A DNA stretch of 64,000 bases from an uncultured Candidatus Rokubacteria bacterium (GTDB lineage: Bacteria > Methylomirabilota > Methylomirabilia > Rokubacteriales > CSP1-6): positions 608,001 through 672,000 of the forward strand of contig CAVWWD010000005.1 in NCBI GenBank assembly GCA_963758635.1, written 5' to 3'. The notes under the pieces are model-generated. The model worked only from the letters and a program-made list of their open reading frames with translations. It was not told the DNA's origin and made no database searches. A program made the position numbers and the translations under genes. Positions within the stretch are counted from its first letter, which is position 1, and each line of letters opens with the position of its first letter. Positions 39,576-49,253 of the stretch are shown piece after piece.

Positions 39576-41006
39576 ATGAACTGGGTCACCGCTCCCACCG
39601 GGTTCGACGAGATCTTCGAGGGGGGCGCCCCGCGGTCCCACTACGCGCCGCTCGTGGGCATCCTCGAGTCCTTCACGCGCGAGGACGTGGAGCGCCGCGA
39701 GCGCCTGCAGCGCCTGGCCCTGATGAACCACGGCATCACGTTCACGGTGTCGGGCGCCGAGGAGGGCCTCGAGCGGATCTTCCCGTTCGACTTCGTGCCC
39801 CGCATCATCCCCGCCGGCGAGTGGAAGCACGTCCAGGACGGCCTCGTCCAGCGCATCACCGCGCTGAACCTGTTCCTGCTCGACATCTACCAGGACCAGA
39901 AGTGCCTGCGCGACGGGATCGTGCCGTCCGAGCTGGTGTTCTCGCGCAAGGAGTACAAGCGCGAGCTGCGCGGCCTCGTGCCGTCCCGCCGCGTGTTCAC
40001 CCACGTGGTGGGCACCGACATCGTCCGGGACGGGCGCGGGAACTACCTCGTGCTCGAGGACAACTGCCGTGTGCCGAGCGGCGTGAGCTACGTGCTCGAG
40101 AACCGCACGCTCCTGAACCGGGTGTTCCCGGAGTTCTTCGCCGCCTACCCGGTGCGGCCCATCAAGGACTACCCCACGCTCCTCCTCGAGACGCTCCTCT
40201 ACGTGGCCCCGCGGGCGAGCGAGCAGCCGGTGGTGGTGGTGCTCTCGCCCGGCATCCACAACTCGGCCTACTTCGAGCACTCGTTCCTCGCGCGCGAGAT
40301 GGGCGTGCCCCTCGTCGAGGGGCGCGACCTCCTCGTCGAGGGCAGCCGCGTGTTCATGCGCCGCACCCACGGCCGCCGACAGATCGACGTGATCTACCGG
40401 CGCGTGGACGACGAGTTCCTCGACCCCCTCACCTTCCGGCGCGACAGCCTCCTCGGCGTGCCCGGGCTCATCAACGCGTACCGCCACGGCACGGTCGCGC
40501 TCGCCAACGCGCCGGGCGCCGGCGTGGCCGACGACAAGTCCGTGTACGCGTTCATGCCCGCGCTGATCCGCTACTACCTGGACGAGGATCCGCTCCTGCC
40601 CCAGGTGCCGACGTACCTGGGCTTCCGCGAGGACGACCTCCGCTACATCCTCGACCACGCCGCCGAGCTCGTGATCAAGACAACGGGCGACGCCGGCGGC
40701 TACAACATGCTCATGGGCCCCTTCGCGACCAGGGACGAGATCCAGACGTACCTGGGCGGCGTCCGGGGGAACCCCGCCAACTACATCGCCCAGCCCCTGG
40801 TCGAGCTGTCGTCCCATCCCACCCACGTGGAGGGACAGTTCGAGCCGCGCCGGATCGACCTCCGGCCGTTCATCCTCTACGGCGACCGGATCCGCGTGCT
40901 GCCCGGCGGGCTCACGCGCGTGGCCCTCCGCCCCGGCTCGTACGTGGTGAACTCCTCTCAGGGCGGCGGCAGCAAGGACACCTGGGTGCTGGCGCCGCGC
41001 GAATGA
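39576..41006 (+). CDS. circularly permuted type 2 ATP-grasp protein
   Basis: RIFPFDFVPRII, VLEDNCRVPSGVSY, NSAYFEHSFLA, VIYRRVDD, VVNSSQGGGSKDTWV. Confidence 0.95.
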   Translation: MNWVTAPTGFDEIFEGGAPRSHYAPLVGILESFTREDVERRERLQRLALMNHGITFTVSGAEEGLERIFPFDFVPRIIPAGEWKHVQDGLVQRITALNLFLLDIYQDQKCLRDGIVPSELVFSRKEYKRELRGLVPSRRVFTHVVGTDIVRDGRGNYLVLEDNCRVPSGVSYVLENRTLLNRVFPEFFAAYPVRPIKDYPTLLLETLLYVAPRASEQPVVVVLSPGIHNSAYFEHSFLAREMGVPLVEGRDLLVEGSRVFMRRTHGRRQIDVIYRRVDDEFLDPLTFRRDSLLGVPGLINAYRHGTVALANAPGAGVADDKSVYAFMPALIRYYLDEDPLLPQVPTYLGFREDDLRYILDHAAELVIKTTGDAGGYNMLMGPFATRDEIQTYLGGVRGNPANYIAQPLVELSSHPTHVEGQFEPRRIDLRPFILYGDRIRVLPGGLTRVALRPGSYVVNSSQGGGSKDTWVLAPRE

Positions 41007-41081
41007 TTCACAGCATGCGGTACCCGCCACGGGACCCTACCATCCCACCGCTCGGCATTCGTCTGATGCGCGGGGCTTGTT
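41003..41081 (+). repeat. Dispersed repeat family A
   Basis: GCCACGGGACCCTACCATCCCACCGCTCGGCATTCGTCTGATGCGCGGGGCT. Confidence 0.8.
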
Positions 41082-41085
41082 CGCC

Positions 41086-42048
41086 ATGATCCTCTCGCGG
41101 GTGGCCGACGCGCTGTACTGGATGGGACGCTACCTGGAGCGCGCGGAGAACACCACGCGGCTACTCCTGGTCACCGAGGAGCTCTCCACCGAGGTGCTGG
41201 GCCTCGACGAGGACCTGGCCCGGGCGGAGTGGGAGTGCCTCGCCGAGATCTTCCCCGCCCCCGGCGGCGCGGTGTCCGAGCGCCCGGTGCGCGCGGCCGG
41301 GCTCGCCGCCGCGTCGCTCGCCGCGCTGTCGCTGTCCGCCCAGCATCCCGGGTCGGTGCACTTCTCGCTCAAGAAGGCGCGGGACAACGCCCGCACCGTG
41401 CGTGAGGCCCTCACCGTCGAGGTGTTCGTGAACCTCAACGAGACGTACCAGGACCTCGAGGCGCACGGGCGCCGCCGGATCGGCGACACCCCGGCGATCC
41501 GGGCCGCGCTGTCCGGCGCGCAGCGGGGCATCCTCGCCACCGTGGGCGCCATCGAGCACACGCTCACGCGCGATCCCGGCTGGCTCTTCCTCAAGCTGGG
41601 CGAGTCGATCGAGCGCGTGTTCCGCACCGCGACGGTGCTCCGCGTGAAGCTCCCGTCGCTCATGAAGCCCGAGCCCGCGCTCGACCACCCGCTCGTCCAC
41701 ACGCGCTGGCGAGGGCTCCTCCGCGCGCTCTCCTCGCTCGAGAACTACCGCCAGGTCTCCGGGCCGCGGCTCGAGCCGCTCGACATCCTCCATTTCCTTT
41801 TCTGGGACCCCCGCTCGCCGCGCTCGCTCCACGCCGGCGTCTCGGCGGTGAAGGACGGGCTGGACCGCCTCGGCAACGGTACCGCGCCCACCCCCCCGGG
41901 ACGGCTCATCGGCCGGCTCGCCGCCGCGCTCACCTACCAGGAGGACGAGGTCGCGGCCCAGGCCAGCTACGTGCCCTTCCTCGATCACGTGCTCGCCGAG
42001 GTGGGCAAGACCCACGACGCCATCTCCACGCTCTACTTCGGGAACTGA
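41086..42048 (+). CDS. alpha-E domain protein (DUF403)
   Basis: MILSRVADALYWMGRYLERAENTTR; ARDNARTVRE; LGESIER. Confidence 0.9.
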   Translation: MILSRVADALYWMGRYLERAENTTRLLLVTEELSTEVLGLDEDLARAEWECLAEIFPAPGGAVSERPVRAAGLAAASLAALSLSAQHPGSVHFSLKKARDNARTVREALTVEVFVNLNETYQDLEAHGRRRIGDTPAIRAALSGAQRGILATVGAIEHTLTRDPGWLFLKLGESIERVFRTATVLRVKLPSLMKPEPALDHPLVHTRWRGLLRALSSLENYRQVSGPRLEPLDILHFLFWDPRSPRSLHAGVSAVKDGLDRLGNGTAPTPPGRLIGRLAAALTYQEDEVAAQASYVPFLDHVLAEVGKTHDAISTLYFGN

Positions 42049-42055
42049 GCCGCCC

Positions 42056-43033
42056 ATGATCCTCGAGATCGAGCACCACCTGTCCTTCGACTACGACGCG
42101 TTCATCCGCGAGTCGTTCATCGAGCTGCGGATGCAGCCGAAGACCACCGAGCACCAGACCCTGGCGTCGTTCGTCCTCGCCGTGGGCCCCCCGAGCACGA
42201 TCGCGCGCTACCGTGACTGGAACGACAACGCCGTCCACCACTTCACGGTGACGCAGTACCACAACCGGATCGCCGTGGAGGGCCGGGCCCTCGTGCGCAC
42301 CCACCCGGCCGCGCCGGCGGCCACCGGGCTCGCCGACCCCGTGCCCCTCGCGGACGTGCCGCCCTCCCTCTACGACTTCATGCAGCTCGCCGGCCCCGTG
42401 CGGCCCAGCGCGGCGCTGTCGGACCTCCACCAGGAGGTGCGGCGCGGCGCGGGCGACACCCTCGGCGACCTCGTCGGCGCCGCGGGCGGCGCCCTCGCCG
42501 GCCGCTTCGAGTACCAGAAGAACGTCACTCGCTACGACTCCACCACCGACGACTTCCTGAAGCTGGGCGCCGGGGTCTGCCAGGACTTCGCCCATGTGAT
42601 GCTGGGGCTCCTGCGCCTGTCGCACGTGCCGTGCCGGTACGTGAGCGGCTACCTCCACGTGGACCCGCTGGCGGGCGAGGCCGCCCAGAGCCACGCCTGG
42701 CTCGAGGTGTACTCGCCGGATCGCGGATGGGTGCCGTTCGACCCGACCCACAACCGGGCCGTCGACGAGCGTTACGTGGTCGTGGGGCACGGACGCCACT
42801 ACGACGACGTGCCGCCGAACAAGGGCATCTTCCGCGGCAACGCGCGCGAGACGCTGACCGCCGAGGTCTACACGCGCCCGTCCGCGGACAAGGCGGTGTC
42901 CACGCTCCACGAGGAGGTCGCCCAGATCGACCTGCCGGTGTTCCAGGAGATCCCGGAGCGACGGCGCGCGACGGGCTTCAACGTCGCGATGGCCGCGGCC
43001 ATCCAGCAGCAGGAGCAGGACGAGCAGCAGTAG
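42056..43033 (+). CDS. transglutaminase family protein
   Basis: GVCQDFAH, RYVSGYL, SHAWLEV, WVPFDPT. Confidence 0.95.
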   Translation: MILEIEHHLSFDYDAFIRESFIELRMQPKTTEHQTLASFVLAVGPPSTIARYRDWNDNAVHHFTVTQYHNRIAVEGRALVRTHPAAPAATGLADPVPLADVPPSLYDFMQLAGPVRPSAALSDLHQEVRRGAGDTLGDLVGAAGGALAGRFEYQKNVTRYDSTTDDFLKLGAGVCQDFAHVMLGLLRLSHVPCRYVSGYLHVDPLAGEAAQSHAWLEVYSPDRGWVPFDPTHNRAVDERYVVVGHGRHYDDVPPNKGIFRGNARETLTAEVYTRPSADKAVSTLHEEVAQIDLPVFQEIPERRRATGFNVAMAAAIQQQEQDEQQ

Positions 43034-43058
43034 GCCCGCGCGGCGGGGGGAGGCGACG

Positions 43059-44288
43059 ATGCGGATCGATCGAGAGCGGCTCGAGGACACCATGGTCAGG
43101 CTCGGCCGCATCGGCGAGACGCCGGCGGGCGGGCTCACGCGCCTGGCCCTGACCGACGAGGACCGCCGGGGCCGCGACCTCCTGGTGGACTGGATGCGCG
43201 GCGCCGGGCTCACCGTCACCGTGGACCAGATGGGGAACATCTTCGGGGTCCGCGGCGGCGAGCCAGGGGCGCCGCCCGTCCTCATGGGCTCGCACGCCGA
43301 CTCCGTGCCCACCGGCGGCAAGTACGACGGACAGCTCGGGGTCCTCTGCGCCCTCGAGGTGATCCGGAGCCTCGCCGGCGTGCGGACGCGGCATCCCGTG
43401 GGCATGGCGATCTTCACCAACGAGGAGGGCGCGCGCTTTCAGCCCGCGATGATCGGCTCGGGCGTCATGGCCGGGAAGATCCCGCTCGAGGACGCCTACA
43501 ACGCGCGCGACCGCGACGGGATCCGGCTCGGCGACGAGCTCGAGCGCATCGGCTACCTCGGCCCGGAGCCGTGCGTGCCCCGTCCGCTGCGCGCCTACCT
43601 CGAGCTGCACATCGAGCAGGGGCCCATCCTCGAGGAGGAGTCGATCCCCGTCGGCATCGTCGAGGGCATCGTGGCCATCGCGTGGTCGCGGCTCACCCTC
43701 CACGGCGTGCAGGACCACGCCGGCCCCACCCCGATGCGGATCCGCCACGACGCGCTCGTCGCCGCCGCCGAGGTGGTGCGTGGCGTCCGGGACCTGGTGC
43801 GCCACGTGGGCGGCGACATGGTCGGCACGGTCGGCCGTCTCGACGTGACGCCCAACATCCCGAACGCGATCCCCGGGCGCGTGTCGCTGTCGATCGACCT
43901 GCGCGACCCCGACGAGACGCAGATCACCCGCGCCCTCGGCATGGTCGACCGCGTGGCGCGGGACGCCGCGCGCCGCGAGGGCGTGCGCTACGAGCTCGAC
44001 CACTACTGGCGCGTGCCGCGCACCGACTTCGATCCGGACGTGGTGGGCGCCATCGAGCGCGCCGTGACGTCGCTCGGCTGCGGCCACCGGCGCATCCTGT
44101 CCGGCGCCGGCCACGACGCCCAGTACATGGCGGCGATCACGCCCACGGGGATGATCTTCGTGCCGTCCCGCGGCGGCCGCAGCCACTGCGAGGAGGAGTT
44201 CACGGGGATGGACGACATCGAGCACGGCGCCAACACCCTGCTGCGCGCCGCCGCCGACCTCGCCGGGGCGGAGCCGGCGCGCCCATAG
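43059..44288 (+). CDS. Zn-dependent amidohydrolase (allantoate/N-carbamoyl-amino-acid hydrolase, M20)
   Basis: GSHADSVPTGGKYDG, NEEGARF, ELHIEQGP, SGAGHDAQ. Confidence 0.95.
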   Translation: MRIDRERLEDTMVRLGRIGETPAGGLTRLALTDEDRRGRDLLVDWMRGAGLTVTVDQMGNIFGVRGGEPGAPPVLMGSHADSVPTGGKYDGQLGVLCALEVIRSLAGVRTRHPVGMAIFTNEEGARFQPAMIGSGVMAGKIPLEDAYNARDRDGIRLGDELERIGYLGPEPCVPRPLRAYLELHIEQGPILEEESIPVGIVEGIVAIAWSRLTLHGVQDHAGPTPMRIRHDALVAAAEVVRGVRDLVRHVGGDMVGTVGRLDVTPNIPNAIPGRVSLSIDLRDPDETQITRALGMVDRVARDAARREGVRYELDHYWRVPRTDFDPDVVGAIERAVTSLGCGHRRILSGAGHDAQYMAAITPTGMIFVPSRGGRSHCEEEFTGMDDIEHGANTLLRAAADLAGAEPARP

Positions 44289-44290
44289 CC

Positions 44291-44488
44291 TTGCGAGGTG
44301 AGCCGAAGGCGAGCCGAGCGGATATGGAAATGATCTGGAAACGACCGCAACGGGTCGTCCGCCAGCGGGTTGACTTGGGGCAGTTGATTTGCGAGGTGAG
44401 CCGAGCGAAGGTCGAGCCGAGCGCATGATGGCATTGCGAGGTGAGCCGAAGGCGAGCCGAGCGATATGGAAATGCCGTGGAATCAACC
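44291..44488 (+). repeat. Cluster of three family B repeats
   Basis: TTGCGAGGTGAGCCGA..GCGAGCCGAGCG core at 44291, 44389 and 44434; first and third carry the ATATGGAAATG...TGGAA tail. Confidence 0.85.
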
Positions 44489-44995
44489 GCGTACCGAGAT
44501 AGCCCGGCGCCGCCGCGACGGGTGTGGGCCGCGCTGTCGGCGCTCGCGGCCATCCTTGCCGCGGCGTGCGGCGCCACGGGCAGGCCCGCCGTCCTGCCGC
44601 CCGACGTGAGGATCGTCGCCCCCGGGCCCGAGGTCCCCCGCCCGCTCGCCGCGCTCTCCGGCACGTGGACCGGCGAGTGGGGGGCCGTGCAGACGCGCAT
44701 CGGCGACGAGACGGTGCTCGCCCCCGCCACCTGGCCCGTCCCCGCCCTCCTCGCCGTGGAGCGCGTCGAGGGCCGTCGCGCGTGGCTCGTCTACGCGTGG
44801 GGGGCCACCGCCGACGTGCCGCGCGAGGGGTGGGAGCGCGCGGTCGGCACGATCGGGCCGGACGGCGTGCTGCGCGCGATCCTCGCCAGCGGCGCGGTGC
44901 TGGAGTACCGGCTGTCCGCGGATCAGCGGACGCTGTCGGGCACGCACCGGCTCCGCGGCGTGCCGATGTTCGGCGAGTTCACCCGGCGGCGGTGA
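44477..44995 (+). CDS. putative lipoprotein (start uncertain, 44477 or 44522)
   Basis: ILAAACG lipobox; LSGTWTGEW. Confidence 0.6.
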   Translation: MESTAYRDSPAPPRRVWAALSALAAILAAACGATGRPAVLPPDVRIVAPGPEVPRPLAALSGTWTGEWGAVQTRIGDETVLAPATWPVPALLAVERVEGRRAWLVYAWGATADVPREGWERAVGTIGPDGVLRAILASGAVLEYRLSADQRTLSGTHRLRGVPMFGEFTRRR

Positions 44996-45029
44996 GAGCC
45001 GGCCCGAACGCCGGGTCGGCACGCGGCGC

Positions 45030-45767
45030 TCAGCCGGCGTGCGGCGCGGCGACCAGGCGCGGGAGCCGGAGCCGGGCCACGATCGGCAGGTGGTCGGAGG
45101 CGACGCGGGCCAGCCGGCTCCGGTGGGCCCGGACGCCGTCCCCGTGCAGCGCTCGATCCCAGTAGATCCGGTCCAGCGCGAAGAGCGGCAGCGGGGAGGG
45201 ATGCGTCCGCCGCACGCGCGCGCCGAGAAGCTGGCGCCGGAGCGTCCGGCCCACCGCGCCCGGGAACCACTCGTTGAGGTCTCCCACCACGATCCGCGGC
45301 CCGGGCAGCTCCTCGCGCAGCACGTGCTGGCGCACGAGCATCTCCACCTGCTCGGCCCGCTCCCAGACGCGCAGCCCGAAGTGCACGTTGAAGAGGTGGA
45401 GGTCGCGGCCGTCCACGAGCATGTCCACGCGCACGCCGCCGCGGGGCTCGCGCCGCTGGCGCGTGAGGTCGAAGGTGTCGTGGTGGCGGACGGGGAGGCG
45501 GGTCAGGACGGCGTTGCCGTACGAGCCGTCCGCGCGCTCGAGGGTCACGGCCATGATCGCGCGGAGCCCCAGCCGCTCGGCGAGCGCCTCGGCCTGCGAC
45601 CGGTAGACCTCCTGGATGCCCACAACGTCGGCGTCGAGCTCGGCGATGACGTCGGCGATGCGCGCGAGGTCGACGCGGCGGTCGAGGCCGCGCGCCTTGT
45701 GGATGTTGTAGCTGGCGATGGTGAGCGGGACGTCGTCCGGACGCGGGCGGGCCGGCGGGCTGTCCAT
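45030..45767 (-). CDS. endonuclease/exonuclease/phosphatase family protein
   Basis: SYNIHK, DVVGIQEV, GDLNEW, LDRIY, ASDHLP. Confidence 0.95.
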   Translation of the reverse strand: MDSPPARPRPDDVPLTIASYNIHKARGLDRRVDLARIADVIAELDADVVGIQEVYRSQAEALAERLGLRAIMAVTLERADGSYGNAVLTRLPVRHHDTFDLTRQRREPRGGVRVDMLVDGRDLHLFNVHFGLRVWERAEQVEMLVRQHVLREELPGPRIVVGDLNEWFPGAVGRTLRRQLLGARVRRTHPSPLPLFALDRIYWDRALHGDGVRAHRSRLARVASDHLPIVARLRLPRLVAAPHAG

Positions 45768-45892
45768 TGGTCCCAGGATACCGGGCATCGCCCCGCGAGC
45801 AAGCGTTCATGCGGCCCCGGCCGCCGTCGCCTTGAAATCGCGGGGGCCTCTTGCTAGTCTCGCCTCACCCGACCCCACCCGCGAGGTCCACC

Positions 45893-48053
45893 GTGAGCGA
45901 TTCGCGCCGCCCCCTGCATCCCGTGGTCGCCGCCGTCCGCGAGTTCGTCGACCGCGAGGTGCGGCCGGCCGCGCCGGACCTCGAGCACGCCGACGCCTAC
46001 CCGCACGCCCTGGTCGCGCGCATGCGCGAGCTCGGGCTCTTCGGGGCGCTCGTCCCCAGCGCGTGGGGCGGGCTCGGCCTCTCCGTCAGCACCTACGCCC
46101 AGGTCATCGAGGAGATCTGCCGCGGCTTCATGTCGCTGGCCGGCGTCATCAACAGCCACACGATGGCCGCCCTCATCGTGCTGGACAACGGCACCGACGA
46201 GCAGCGGGCCCGCTTCCTCCCCCGGTTCGCGCGCGGGGAGGCGCGCGGCGGCCTCGCGCTGACCGAGCCGCACGCCGGCTCGGACGTGCAGGCCCTCCGC
46301 ACCGTCGCCCGCCGCGACGGCGACCGCTACCTCCTCTCCGGATCCAAGATGTTCATCACCAACGGCCGCGAGGGGAACACCTTCGCGCTCCTCGCCCGGA
46401 CCGATCCGCGCGCCGATCCCCCGCACCGCGGCATGTCCTGCTTCATCGTGGAGAAGGGCGCGCCCGGGCTCGAGGTGGTGAAGTCGATCGGCAAGCTCGG
46501 CTACAAGGGCGTGGACACCGTCGAGCTCTCCTTCGAGGACTTCCCCGTCCCCGCGGCCAACCTGGTGGGCCTGGTCGAGGGCCGCGGCTTCAAGCACGTC
46601 ATGTCCGGGCTCGAGACGGGCCGCATCAACATCGCGGCCCGCGCCGTCGGGGTGGCCCAGGCCGTCCTCGACGAGACCCTCGAGGTCACGGGGCGCGGGC
46701 CCGCGCGCGCGGAGGTGACGCGCCGGCTCCATCGCATGGGCGCGCGCGTCGAGGCGGCCCGGCTCCTCACCTCCTGGGCCGGCGCGATGAAGGACCGGAA
46801 CGAGCGCTGCGACCTCGAGGCGGGCATGGCCAAGCTCTACGCGTCGGAGACGGCGCAGGAGGTGGCGCACGAGGCGCTCGCGCTCGCCGGCCCGTCCGGA
46901 CAGCTCCTGGCCGGGACCCTGGAGCGGCACTATCGCGACACGCCGCTGATGATCATCGGCGAGGGCGCCAACGAGATCCAGAAGACGCTGATCGCGCGCC
47001 AGCTCATCGGCCGCCACGGCGAGCGCGCGGGCGGCCTCGTCTCCCGCCAGGACGAGAGCCCGGAGCGCCGGCAGATCGTCCTCGCCGTCCGCCAGTTCGT
47101 CGAGAAAGAGGTCGCGCCGGCGGCCCAGGAGCACGACGCTCGCCGGGCGCTGCCATCCTCGCTCCGCGCGCGGCTCGCCGACCTCGGCGTCTTCGGCGCC
47201 CTCGCCCCCGCGCGGTCGGGCGGTCTCGAGCTCGACCTGCCCACGACGGTCATGATCCTCGAGGAGGTCGCGCGCGGCTGGGGCGCGCTCGGCATGCTGC
47301 TCGCCGGACACCTGGCCTCCTCCCGCGGCGTGGCTCGCGCGGGCGTGGGCGAGCGCTGGCTGCCCCCGCTGACCCGGGGCGAGACCCTGGCCGTGCCCGT
47401 CGCCGAGCCGGGCGTGACGGGCGTGGCGTCGCCGGCGGGCCTCGCGCTGGACGGAGAGGTCTCCGTGAACGGCGGCGCGCTCGGCGGCCTGTTCGTGATC
47501 CGCCTGCCGCACGGGTTCGCGGCCATCGTGCCCGCGGACACGCCCGGCGTCAGCGTGGGGCCGCCGCGGCCCGCCCTCGGCCTCCGAGGGCTCGAGCCGG
47601 CGACGCTCCGGCTGCGTGGAGCGGTCGCGCCCGCCGCGGCCCAGCTCGAGACGTGGGACTGGGCCGGCGTCGAGAGCGTCCGCTGGCTCGGCGCGGCGGC
47701 CGTCGCCGTCGGCGTCGCCCAGGCCGCCTTCGAGGCCGCGCTCCGCTACTCGCAGCAGCGCACGACGTTCGGGCAAGGCGATCTGCCATCACCAGGCCAT
47801 CCAGCTCAAGCTCGCCGACATGGCGAGCCGCATCGCCGCGGCGCGGCTCCTCACCGGCCGGGCCGCCGAGCGCCTCGCCGCCGACGCCGCGGACATGGCG
47901 GGCGCGGCGATGGCGCGCGCGGAGGCCGCGGAGACGGCGGCCCTGGTGACGCTCGAGTCCATGCGCATCCACGGCGGTTACGGCTACACCACCGAGTTCC
48001 CGGTGGAGCGCTACTACCGCGACGCCGCCGCGCTCGTGGCGGACAGCGCCTGA
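45893..48053 (+). CDS. double-domain acyl-CoA dehydrogenase (frameshift near 47772)
   Basis: First ACAD unit (LTEPHAGSD, GSKMFITNG, IIGEGANEIQ) fused to a second degenerate unit ending IHGGYGYTTEFPVERYYRDA. Confidence 0.85.
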
Positions 48054-48064
48054 CGCCTCCGCCC

Positions 48065-48547
48065 ATGAGCTACGGCCGCTACTTCGACGACTTCGCCGTC
48101 GGCCAGGAGTTCCGTCACTGGCCCGGGCGCACGATCGGCGAGGCCGACTGCACGTGGTTCGCGCTGCTCACCATGAACCAGCACCCGCTGCATTCCGACG
48201 CGCACTACGCCGAGACGCACACCCAGCACGGCCGGCGGGTGGTGATGGGGCCACTGGTCTTCAGCCTGGTCATCGGCATGAGCGTGGCCGACATCTCGGG
48301 GCGCGCCATCGCCAACCTGGAGGTGGACCGGCTGCGCCACGAGAAGCCCACGTTCATCGGCGACACCCTCTACGCGAGCACCCGGGTGCTCGAGCTCGCG
48401 GAATCGCGCAAGGGCGACCGCGGGGTGGTGACGGTGGAGACGGTGGGCACCAACCAGCGCGGGGAAACGGTCTGCTCCTACGTGCGCAAGGTGCTCGTCC
48501 CCAAGCGGAACCACGCCACGCTCGGCGAAGGCCGGCTCCCCTACTGA
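48065..48547 (+). CDS. MaoC-family dehydratase
   Basis: MSYGRYFDDFAVGQEFRHWPGRTI, NQHPLHSD, PTFIGDTL. Confidence 0.9.
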   Translation: MSYGRYFDDFAVGQEFRHWPGRTIGEADCTWFALLTMNQHPLHSDAHYAETHTQHGRRVVMGPLVFSLVIGMSVADISGRAIANLEVDRLRHEKPTFIGDTLYASTRVLELAESRKGDRGVVTVETVGTNQRGETVCSYVRKVLVPKRNHATLGEGRLPY

Positions 48548-48841
48548 TGGCCGAGACCCCGCTCGCCACGCCGGAGGTGGAGGACGTCCAGGAACGTCGA
48601 GTCGGCGGTGGCGCCGCCGTGGATGACCATCCTGCACAACTGCGACTGCCACACGTTCGAGCAGGTGGTGCGCCAGCTCATGAAGGCGATCGCGTGCAGC
48701 GAGGAGAAGGGCTGGGAGATCGCCTGGCAGGTGCACACCACCGGCAAGGCCGTGGTGAAGGTGGGGCCCGAGACCGAGTGCGTCCGCGTCGGCAACGTCC
48801 TCGCGTCGATCGGCCTGGTGGTGACGGTCGTCCAGTCGTAG
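48547..48841 (+). CDS. clpS: ClpS-like adaptor protein (frameshift near 48596)
   Basis: PPWMTILHNCDCHTFEQVVRQL...AWQVHTTGKAVV. Confidence 0.75.
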
Positions 48842-48965
48842 CCCGCTCGTGCGGTTTCCTGTTTTGTCGCTCCCCCTTCCAGATTTGGGCCCGACCCTGC
48901 CGTTAAATTGACCGATCCGTGCCTCGTCGTCCTGTCTAATCACTCAGTTGGACGGAGTCACGCCG

Positions 48966-48981
48966 TGGCACCCGCCTTGCT
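48966..48981 (+). promoter_or_regulatory. sigma54 (-24/-12) promoter
   Basis: TGGCACCCGCCTTGCT with exact GG-N10-GC spacing, 45 nt before ATG 49026. Confidence 0.7.
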
Positions 48982-49025
48982 GCCTTCCCCCGCGTCGGCA
49001 CATCGAGACTCGAGAGGAGACGGCA

Positions 49026-49211
49026 ATGGAGTGGCTCAGCGACATCGTGCGGGATGCCTGGAGGGACCACCTCACCGACCCCCGCCCGTGGTACCGGCGG
49101 CAGAGCGTGTGGCTGATGGCCACGGCGCTGGTGGTGCCCTTCGGCTGGCTCCTCCCCGTCTGCCGGGTGGCCGTGGTGCGGGTCGCGGCGCGTCGTGCGG
49201 GTCGCGTCTAG
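49026..49211 (+). CDS. small membrane protein (61 aa)
   Basis: GAGGAG RBS; one hydrophobic helix WLMATALVVPFGWLLPVC. Confidence 0.6.
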   Translation: MEWLSDIVRDAWRDHLTDPRPWYRRQSVWLMATALVVPFGWLLPVCRVAVVRVAARRAGRV

Positions 49212-49253
49212 GGCGCGGGCCGGCTCTTCGATCAACCGCGGCCGCGGTCGCGC

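Noticed and set aside
44291..44488. Three repeats with a TGGAAAC tail that resemble a mini CRISPR array
   Set aside because: Unit and gap lengths are irregular (gaps of about 42 and 7 nt), the same unit occurs singly elsewhere, and there are no cas genes; treated as REP-like family B
45851..48547. 898-aa ACAD-MaoC fusion
   Set aside because: The frameshift near 47772 bypasses the ACAD stop at 48053; MaoC has its own ATG at 48065
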